Shown here: in pieces, positions 46,621 to 64,000 of the stretch
How positions within the stretch are numbered: the first letter of the stretch is position 1
Layout: every line of letters begins with the position of its first letter
NCBI RefSeq assembly: GCF_006345805.1
Contig: NC_043025.1
Span: forward strand, 1,550,001-1,614,000
Direction of reading: 5' to 3'
DNA: 64,000 nucleotides
DNA from: Octopus sinensis
Lineage: Eukaryota
Position numbers and translations under genes: made by a program
Notes under the pieces: model-generated
The model's input: only the letters and a program-made list of their open reading frames with translations
What the model was told of the DNA's origin: nothing
Database searches by the model: none

Positions 46621-47808
46621 CTTCTCAAAACTCCCCCACATCGCATCCTCCCATCACCCGTGATCATCACGTGCTGCAGGCCCCACCACTCTACCTCACG
46701 TGCCTATCTGTACTCAATACCCCCACATTATCTACCAATACCCCACCTCCGCAGCCACTCCAGTTTCTTCCTCCATCATTTGCTACAGTCCCCTCCTCCC
46801 CATCTCTAAACATCTTCCCTCACACTCTTATGACACATCACCTTCTATCTCTTTTCTACTACTTATACTCCCCCTCCCCACCTTTCCCTTAGTGTAGGCC
46901 CCAATGCATCTCCACCCCCATGTATTTCTATCTCTCTATTTTCTCCCTAACTCCCCTTCCCTTCTCCGTCCTTGTCCTAATGGGGCAGCCAAGTATCTCC
47001 TCTATAGTAAGACAACTAACTTTGTCCCCCTGTCATGCTCGAACCTCCTGCCTGGTACACAGCCACTTCCCTCAGTTTCATTCCTTCCTTCAGCTGAGAA
47101 GTCTTCGTCTTGCAAGTTATTTGGTCACACTGCTGGTGCTGGTGCCACGTAAAAGCACTCGTGCTGGGGCGCCCAGTCCACTCTTTTCCTTTTGTAGTTT
47201 ACTTTGTACCTTCTCACATTGTTCTGGCCTTACAAAACAAATCTCTTTGAAGTTATACCACAAATACAGACATACATATGATGTGAGTTGTCTCACTTGC
47301 CTATGACTTACTTTCATGTGTTTTTAACACCACCAGACACATTGAGAATATATTCTCTCACACCTAAAAATGCAGCCAGCCGAAGAACTTAACGACACAC
47401 ACTCCATGTGTTTGTGCGTTCGATTTTGCTTTGACATAAATTTTATGAACCCCTTATTAATTTAGTAACATCAAAATTATACGCAAGACATATAGGTCTT
47501 CTTTATTAAACTTAACCTGCTAATCTTGTGTTAGGTCCATTTGAACTCCCCTAAATTTTACTTCAGTGAGGGATAAACGTAGATTAGGCTGAACCAATCT
47601 GTTTATTACATCTTAATAGATGTATCATGTCTCTTAAACACACTCATAGCAAGTTACAGAGGGACCTTATGCAAGGCTAACTTCACTGACAAACATGAAA
47701 TGTACACGATCGGTTTGATCAAGTACCCAGTAGAAGGCAGTAATGACACATTGATAGCCACCCTTGTTTTCATGTAAATTTTCATTCTCTCTTTTTACTT
47801 CGACAAAG

Positions 47809-55057
<7,249 letters not shown>

Positions 55058-55478
55058 ATTTCTGTGTAAATACTGTTTATTTAGTCCCAGATCAACCAGA
55101 CAGAGATCTGTCATAGGGTGGGGATGGCATTCCAGCCATGATCACCCTGTCTTTATCCTTAATGTAGAGGAGCCAGAAACATATTGTCAAGTTTATTCTT
55201 CTTTTAGATGATAATTTGTAAATTGATGTGGATTTGGCTACTACTTCTAGCAGATCTAACCGCCACATAGAGACCTCTTTACTTGTTTAATTCCCTTGTT
55301 AGAGATTAACTTTTGAAATAAAGATAAACTTTTGAAATGTTCATTTGTTGTTGCTATTGTTGCTATTGTTGTATGTCTAAACACCTTCCTAAACACTTCT
55401 GTTGCTATAAAGACAGTTTTAATATCCTATGGTATATTCATAGTTATCTCCCTTCATTTCTAGCTTAGAGTAGAATAA

Positions 55479-55515
<37 letters not shown>

Positions 55516-56529
55516 GGAGGGGGAAGCTGGTATGCACGGGTGACTGCTGGTCTTCTATAAAAAAACCCTGCTCGGACTTATGCCTTGGAGGATAATTTCT
55601 TGGCTCAATCCCAAGGTCATTCATGGCTGAAGGAGATCTTTACCGTTTTTGGAAAACCCACAGCGACCCCGCTTCATTACAAATAACTTCAGATAATGAA
55701 AATTAATTCGTTTTCCCTACAATACTTCATACAATTCAATTCTTATTGCATTTTAGTTCACACTTAAATATCAAGATTTTTACATCATCAACTCAGACGG
55801 AATTCTAAGTAAAACACAAGAAACTTCGAGAAGGACTTCCTTTGGCAATAAATTTATGTGACAGGAAACTCTCCTCAGCAAAATCAAGCGAAACAAGATG
55901 GGAAGACTTGTTATTGTAGTTTTCTTGTGATAAGCGTAAACAAACTTGGTTGTTTTGAAATTAAATAAAAAAATATTGAAATTACATCAAAACTCTTTAT
56001 TCAGAAATTAATATGTAATTACTATTAAAATTTATTTGTATTAAAACAAATTATTTCGTATGAAACTTTTTATAAACTTATTCTAAATAAATTGATAACG
56101 TAATATCTAATTGATTTTTAGCCACATTAACTGGGTGGGATGAAATTATATTCACACACATTATATGCAATGTAAAATATACTACAGCAGATAACAAACG
56201 TAATTTTTCTTCCTCAAAGTCATACAAAAGCATAAATTACAGTTTTAATGAATTATTTGGAACATATTTTGTTTAAATTTAATGTGAAGCAATAAACTTA
56301 TTTATAAAAGTGTTAGTTTTTGTAAAATTGAGAAACTATAACTCTTCGACTGACCCTAGAGAACTTCAAGAGAAAACCTGGAACTGTGATGATCCCCAAA
56401 TCAGATTCTTTCATCTTAGGTTGGCTCAGACATTGTCAAAGTAATTTCCATTATTTAATTACAACCCAAGAAAAATAAAAACATGTTACCCATAGATAAA
56501 TGGTTGAATTCATCAAAGTATGGAAAGCA

Positions 56530-56533
56530 CAGA

Positions 56534-56565
<32 letters not shown>

Positions 56566-56779
56566 ACACTGGTGCTGCTGGTGATGGTGATGGTGATGGT
56601 GGTGGTGATGATGATGATGATGATGATGATGATGGTCATGGTCATGGTCATGGTCATGGTGATAATGATGATGCGGATGATGATGGGGAAGATGATGATG
56701 ATGATGATGGTGGTGATGATGATGATGATGATGGTGATGGTGATGACGATGATGGTGATGACGGTGATGGTGATGATGG

Positions 56780-56828
<49 letters not shown>

Positions 56829-56845
56829 GATGGTGGTGACGATGA
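56530..56845. repeat. (GAT/GGT)n microsatellite
   Basis: Direct reading. Confidence 0.95.
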
Positions 56846-58500
56846 TGTCTTTCACTTATTGCATGATTCTTTTAGAAGTGTCTACGAAACGTTCTGCCGA
56901 TCTAAATGCAGTATTACAGTAATGTAAATTCAAGGGCAATTGGCTGTTATTTCTAATAGAGTGTAAGACCACTTATAGATGAATTTTTCTACAGATGCCT
57001 CTTGAAATGTGATTCACTTTTCTATGAAGGACAACACAAATTTCGGGGAGGGGTGGCTTGACTGTTATTTCTAGCATAATATGAAACCACCTTAGAACGA
57101 TATTTCTACAGGTGCTTTTCATAATGTCCTTCAATTTTTATATGAAAAACAACGCAAATGTGAGGGTAATTGGTTGTTTTCAACTTGATGCCAGGTCACC
57201 TATAGGCAAATATTGCTCATAGCTTAAAACTTAAAATGTTCTTCAATTCTTATTGTGAAAACGACAAAAATATGAAGGCCCTTGCTTGCTGTTTCAAGCA
57301 TCTGATGACACCATAAATAGGTCGATTTCTTTTATAAATGCTTCTAAGTGTTCTTCAGTTTTTATATGAGAAAAAAAGGGAATTTGGCTTCTGTTTCTAG
57401 CATGAAAAATTACCTCATATTGGGAAGGTGATTCATAAAGCGCCCTTCAATTTTCTATGAATTTTTATGCAATTAAAAGCGATCTTGAGGCAAAACCGTG
57501 GTTTGTATAAGGCTAGACTTGCGTCTGTTGTGACTTATCAAATAGAAGAGCAAACACACTCACCACCGGCACGATTTGCTAGCCGAGGTGTGGAGTCGTG
57601 TAGGTAAGCTTTATATGGAGAACTGTCTTATCTGCCGACCCCAGCAAATTATTCTCTATAGCACATTGGGATTTCCTCTTAAACAATGTTTACTAGAAGC
57701 GAACGCCAACCACCTCAAACCTTTCCACTTGAGACCAAATCAATACCAGGTGGCACGTGCCAAACCCTTTAGAACCCTTGACATAGTGGCAACATTTGAA
57801 CGGCAAAAAGGAAACCGCCTTACCTCTCGTTGCTATTACTTTCTATCACTCCCTCTCAGTCATGGCTCTCACTACTTTTCCTTCACTGAATTACTATTTT
57901 CTCTCATCTCCCTTCACTTATACTACTCTTTCTTCTAATCCCTCCTACTTCCCTACTCCGTGATTTTGAACAAATATATACATATATATATATATATACA
58001 AATATATAAAAACACCACGCTCATTATTATATTAGGAAATTATAAACCGCTCAACTATGCTGCGCTAAATATCACCATCCTCATCATTTTTCCCATTTCA
58101 CTGATGCTCGACTCCTTCAGATTCCATTCCACTGTTGGTTCTGGCAGTGTCAACAGTAACTTGCCTGAACCAACAGCTGGTCCCTCTTGATTTCACTATA
58201 AGTGCACGTGAAGGAGTTAAGTGCCCCCTCCTCTCCTCAACATATAGGGGTTAGTCACAAATACAGCTGTCTACCTTGTCCTCTCAATCCGCTTCTTTCT
58301 GCGTCTCTCCATTCTGGCCAGAATCAGGAACCCCTCCCTGAAAATCACCAGAAGATCTGTTAGACTAGATTTTCCCCCACCCACTCGTATTCCTTGAATT
58401 ATTTCCTGATTTGTAACATAATCACAAGGTTTCAATCGATGATGCGGGGCATAATCGATAAAATCGACTCTGAAATGCGTTGGTGCATATATATATATAC

Positions 58501-58579
<79 letters not shown>

Positions 58580-59079
58580 TTAGTTGGGGCATTTGAATTA
58601 TAACGTCGGATGTAATCAATTGAACCACACGCGTATTTATCGTTATGGTAAAATCTGGCGTGTGATTGAATGGATTTCATCCAGATAGTTTTGGCTGACG
58701 AGCTACAAGTGGATTTTTTTGTAAGTAATATTACATTTAATTCATTAATAGCGAAACAATTGTCCCAAAATAATCTGTATTTTTGTTATTTTTTATTTGC
58801 CCTGTCCGTGTGAGCTAACAATCGTACTGACTTTCATGGGAAACATGTATTTTTGTGGTTGAAACCTTTTGGATTAACTGGTGCTAGAGTGAGCCATATA
58901 GTGACCACTCTCTTATATTTATTTTGTAAAAATATTGTAATATATTATAAAATATTATAATAATCCAGGTTTCTCGGAGCACTAGGCCACTTGGTGTTGA
59001 ATAGATATACTATTAAATTAGTATCTAATTCTCTCACCCTTATTAATTAATTATATATATATATATATATATATATTGC

Positions 59080-59275
59080 CATGTTGATTCGCTAGCTTCT
59101 GCACGCATTTTTTTTCTCTCCTTGTTTCTTTCCGTGTTTCTTTTCTGTGTATCTTTCTGTTGAAGAGCGTAGGCTCGAAACGTAACAGACTTGTTTTATT
59201 TATACTAATATAATTGTATGTTTGTATTCCACCTGCCTTCGTCTTTTTGTTTATTTTCATTAAGCTTCCCGTTAT
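59080..59275 (+). mobile_element. Solo PLE pLTR-like repeat with decayed hammerhead
   Basis: CTGTTGAAGAGCGTAGGCTCGAAACGTA; homologous to 20590-20760; TA microsatellites on both sides. Confidence 0.55.
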
Positions 59276-59321
59276 ATATATATATATATAAGTGTGTATA
59301 TATACACACATATATACATAC

Positions 59322-59404
<83 letters not shown>

Positions 59405-59462
59405 CATATATATATAATATATATATATATATACATATATATAGAGAGAGATAGATAGATAG

Positions 59463-59501
<39 letters not shown>

Positions 59502-59989
59502 CAACTTTACGATGAAGAAGCTTTGAGATGTATTGAAATATACATTCTCAAAAGCGTGAAAATGCTAATAAAATAGCATGAACAGGATAAACTATCCATA
59601 TATTGCAGAAAAATTCTACATCATATTCAACTACAAGAGCTTAAACATCATCATAAAGAGGCACCCACAGGCAGCTTCTCTTCAACCCCTCCGTTATGGC
59701 TTCAATGATTATAACCAACAGAAGAAGACATTGGAGTGAACCCTGTTGCACGCCTACCTTCATACTGAATTCAAGACTATACTTATCTTGAACCGATTAC
59801 TCGCTGATTGCATATCTGTATATGGCTTGTAGATCTCTCATGACACGTTCCTCTCCTCCTCAACGGACCACAGAAGAAGGAACGGAATCAAGAGCCTTGT
59901 CTCGGAAAATATTTGATAAGTGTAGGGTATTATTCCTGGTTAAATATTTCGGCAGCTGTCTCCCTAACAAGATGACAATAGGAAAAATA

Positions 59990-60200
59990 TTTCTTCATTG
60001 CCAGAAACAAATGAAGAAAATCGCACATGGGGTGGTAACCGTGATAGGGTAGGTTGTGTTGGCATACTCCTTACAGAAAAATGAGTTAAGGTCATTGAGT
60101 TAGAGAGGGTGTGCCATAGAGTAGAGAAGCTTCGGATAGTTTTGAAGAATAGTTCGGCAGCGACGAAAAAGCAAAAGATATCGGAGGAGCGATGCAAACC
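59990..60200 (+). mobile_element. RTE LINE endonuclease (APE) fragment
   Basis: WGGNRDRVGCVGILLTEK*VKVIELERVCHRVEKLRIVL. Confidence 0.6.
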
Positions 60201-60729
60201 CTGCGCGCAGATAAATTATTCCCAAATTATAGTGTAACTTACAATGCATTGCTTACCCATGCTTTTTAATTGAACTGAATTAAGGTTTGAAAGTGTTTGA
60301 CTAAAAGAGGATTAGAAACCCAAGAAGACAACGAGTAGATTTGATAAAATGTTGCATAGAAATTGAGAAGTGTTTAAGGGACGGTAGTGGGGTGGGGAGA
60401 GGTAGAGAAAAAGGAAGCCTTGGGAGGGGCTGTTATCTTCCGTCTGTCCATGCAAGTATGAAAACTTGTCTAGTTTTCTTTCCTCCACTTAACAGGGCCG
60501 GCTTTCATCAGTATTTTGCAACTTTAGGGATACCAGTTGTTATTGAAACAATATTCTAGTGTGATGTGACTTATATAGAATTATCAAAATTTGGTTGTGG
60601 CATTTGTAAACACAAATACACACTCATATGTATATGTGTGTGCTTATATACATACATACATACATATTTATATACATACATACATCCATACATATATATA
60701 TATATATGTATATATATATATGGGCACAG

Positions 60730-61234
60730 ACAAATGTTCGTTTTGTGAAAGCAAAGTTTATACCAAGAACTGCTCTTTGCCAGACTACTGGAAACAAATG
60801 CCAAGAGTGAATCCATTTTCAATGTGGTCAAGAGCTTTATTGACAAAAAGGACATCCTACTGAATAATATTGTAGCCTTTGCAACTGATGGTGCACCATC
60901 GATGACTGGCTCTCATCACGGCTTCATCAGTGATCTCAAAGTCAGTCTACCTGATATATTCACGATGCAATGCGTGATTCACCGACGTCTTTTTGCACGA
61001 AACCTCAGTGGTCGTCTTCACGGTTTCCTAAGCACGGCCATCACTGCCACGAATAAAATCAAATCTCATGCTCTGAACTCTCGCCTGTTTCAACAGCTTT
61101 GCTTTGAAAACGACGAAGACTTTCAAAAGTTGCTGTTCCACACAGAAGTGAGGTGGTTACCACGGGGAAATTGTCTGAATCGCTTTTATGCTTCGTTTGA
61201 TTCAAAAAGTTTGAGAACTTCTGGTCTACTCTAA
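60730..61234 (+). mobile_element. hAT (Buster/SPIN, ZBED8-like) transposase fragment
   Basis: AFATDGAPSMTG..QCVIHR..LFQQLC..LLFHTEVRWLPRG. Confidence 0.9.
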
Positions 61235-61629
61235 GCTAGAAATGAAGGGAGATAACTGTGAATATACCAGAATATATTAAAACTGTCTTTATAAGAATGG
61301 AAGTGTTTAGGAAGGTGTTTAGGCATACAACAACAACAACAACAACAAATGAACAGTTCAAAGTTTATCTTTATTCCAAAAGTTAACCTCTAACAACACG
61401 GAAGCCAAACAAGTAAAGGAATTACTTTGTGGCAGAGAGATCTACTAGAAGTAGTAGCCAAATCCACCACTAATCACACCTTGTCACCTTAAAGAAGAAT
61501 ACACTGGACAATGTGTTTCTGGCTCCTCTACGTTAGGGATAAATACAGGATGGTCATGGCTGGAATGCGTTTGATCATAGGTCTATGTTTGGTTGATCTG
61601 GGACTAAACAACAATATCTACACAGAAAT

Positions 61630-61832
61630 TCACTCTGTTTGCGGTAGACATTCGAGTGCTTCAAAACACTCAGCTTCCAGAAGAGCATCTCTGAGTGTTT
61701 TCAATGTGCGTTTCTCAGGATCACAGGCTGTAAACCATTTGCGGAGCGTCTGGAAACCCTTTACTTCGGTGTTACCAGGATTGTCATGCTTGATAATTTC
61801 CAACTGGACACTTTTAATTCCTAAAATCCTAC
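61630..61832 (-). CDS. Paralog B Death domain exon 2 (terminal)
   Basis: 203 nt like 54855-55057; GRILGIKSVQLEIIKHDNPGNTEVKGFQTLRKW..TLRDALLEAECFEALECLPQTE*; intact. Confidence 0.88.
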
Positions 61833-62355
61833 CTGAAAAACATACAACAATAAGAAATAATTACCAGAACGTCAACAATAAAATAAAAGATGTGTTCTGT
61901 AGGTTGTAATAAATTATAACAAAGCAATTCTGCCAGTAGAGAAATTAGAAAATGGTTAAGATACATGAAACACTTTTTATCTCAAGTCTGCCAGATTAAA
62001 GTAGATATCTGCGTTAGCAAGAACTACGGCAACAATAAAAACAACAACAGCCTATCAATAAACTTAATAAAAATGTAAAACAAACAAAGACATTGTCATT
62101 AACTCACCTGTTTACCCCGAAGCAACAACATATTTTGCTTCTTTGTTCCAAATGATAATATTAAATCGATTGAATATTTCCAAATTATCCGTATTATCAA
62201 GTGTTAACCTCGGTGGTTATTTTACGAATTTTCAATAAATTCGACATGTTTAATAGAGTTACTTTAAAGCTAATCTTTCAAGTGAAAATGAGGAATGGAA
62301 CAGGTTCTCCATCATTAGATCAGGCGAGAATTAGGTGCTGTCATTTTATACCCAC

Positions 62356-62427
62356 CAACTTGCTGCCATTCACACTTTGACTTCTCTACCCTTACTTGGA
62401 GACACTTCGCCTCCAACTTTGAACACT
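62356..62427 (-). CDS. Paralog B Death domain exon 1
   Basis: 72 nt like 52749-52820; TTTCAG/GTGGGT; CSKLEAKCLQVRVEKSKCEWQQV(G). Confidence 0.8.
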
Positions 62428-62800
62428 CTGAAATAAATATTTAAAAGTTTTGCAATTTATAGTACCATCAATGGTTAACTAGTGACCACTATAGCTTTGG
62501 TCAACATTTTTATACTTTCTACATTGGTATCACAACAAAACAGAGTAACCTTCCTTAATCTCTTCTTTCTAGTAAGATATTCTACATAATCTTACAATAT
62601 AAGAATTATCTCATTTAATTATCACCACTTAATAACACTGCTTTTCTTAGTTTTGTCTTTGCTTTCTTATATATGTGCCAAACCAATGGCATGGCGTTCT
62701 CTCATCTCTAAACTTCACTAACCAACATTCTTCTCATTTCCTGCTTAACTCCAATGACAAACAAAAGTCAATATTAACTCTGTTGTGGCAACTAATTTAT

Positions 62801-64000
62801 CTAAACTCAGTGGATATGTTACAAAATTTCAGCAACGTCTTTAATAGAATTCTTTCAGAGCTAACCATTCTATAGGAAATTAGGAATAGAACCTGTTTAT
62901 CTAAACTCAGTGGATATGTTACACAATTTCAGCAATGTCTTTAATAGAATTCTTTCAGAGCTAACCATTCTATAGCAAATTAGGAATAGAACCTGTTTAT
63001 CTAAACTCAGTGGATATGTTACAAAATTTCAGCAATGTCTTTAATAGAATTCTTTCAGAGCTAACCATTCTATAGGAAATTAGGAATAGAACCTGTTTAT
63101 CTAAACTCAGTGAATATGTTACACAATTTCAGCAATGTCTTTAATAGAATTATTTCAGAGCTAACCATTCTATAGGAAATTAGGAATAGAACCTGTTTAT
63201 CTAAACTCAGTGGATATGTTACAAAATTTCAGCAATGTCTTTAATAGAATTCTTTCAGAGCTAACCATTCTATAGGAAATTAGGAATAGAACCTGTTTAT
63301 CTAAACTCAGTGGATATGTTACAAAATTTCAGCAATGTCTTTAATAGAATTATTTCAGAGCTAACCATTCTATAGGAAATTAGGAATAGAACCTGTTTAT
63401 CTAAACTCAGTGGATATTTTACAAAATTTCAGCAACGTCTTTAATAGAATTCTTTCAGAGCTAACCATTCTATAGGAAATTAGGAATAGAACCTGTTTAT
63501 CTAAACTCAGTGGATATGTTACAAAATTTCAGCAATGTCTTTAATAGAATTCTTTCAGAGCTAACCATTCTATAGGAAATTAGGAATAGAACCTGTTTAT
63601 CTAAACTCAGTGGATATGTTACAAAATTTCAGCAACGTCTTTAATAGAATTCTTTCAGAGCTAACCATTCTATAGGAAATTAGGAATAGAACCTGTTTAT
63701 CTAAACTCAGTGGATATGTTACAAAATTTCAGCAACGTCTTTAATAGAATTCTTTCAGAGCTAACCATTCTATAGGAAATTAGGAATAGAACCTGTTTAT
63801 CTAAACTCAGTGGATATGTTACAAAATTTCAGCAATGTCTTTAATAGAATTCTTTCAGAGCTAACCATTCTATAGGAAATTAGGAATAGAACCTGTTTAT
63901 CTAAACTCAGTGGATATGTTACACAATTTCAGCAATGTCTTTAATAGAATTCTTTCAGAGCTAACCATTCTATAGCAAATTAGGAATATAACCTGTTTAT
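62801..64000. repeat. 100-bp tandem satellite, 12 copies to window end
   Basis: CTAAACTCAG recurs exactly every 100 nt; only a few variant positions. Confidence 0.98.

Noticed and set aside
61511-61909. 132-aa plus-strand ORF (and 54781-54987 minus)
   Set aside because: Antisense shadows of the Death-domain exons.

Overview
AT-rich, microsatellite- and SINE-dense eukaryotic DNA with spliceosomal introns. It is most likely an Octopus (cephalopod) genome; this is inferred from repeat style and gene families and not proven. One 100-N scaffold gap lies at 45812-45911. Main content: (1) 2852-7779 (-): a single-exon, ~1,600-codon multi-beta-propeller (NHL/TRIM-C-terminal-like) reading frame with an in-frame poly-Ser microsatellite linker, broken by 4 stops and about 5 frameshifts. 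(2) ~19.4-45.4 kb (-): an adhesion GPCR (HRM-GAIN/GPS-7TM) with 11 intact, phase-consistent exons and damaged N-terminal exons. Its introns hold a SIK2-like kinase retro-fragment, Ty3/gypsy, Tc1, Penelope, MITEs and SINEs. (3) 47.8-55.1 kb (+) and 61.6-62.4 kb (-): two convergent paralogs of an ankyrin-RING-Death-domain (MIB2-like) gene. Their Death-domain exons are more diverged than the flanking non-coding DNA, which suggests diversifying selection. (4) Penelope-like elements, two of them carrying complete hammerhead ribozyme motifs, plus R4/Dong-like, RTE, mariner and hAT relics. (5) An exact 100-bp satellite running off the window end. All exon boundaries, alignments and counts were done by eye.
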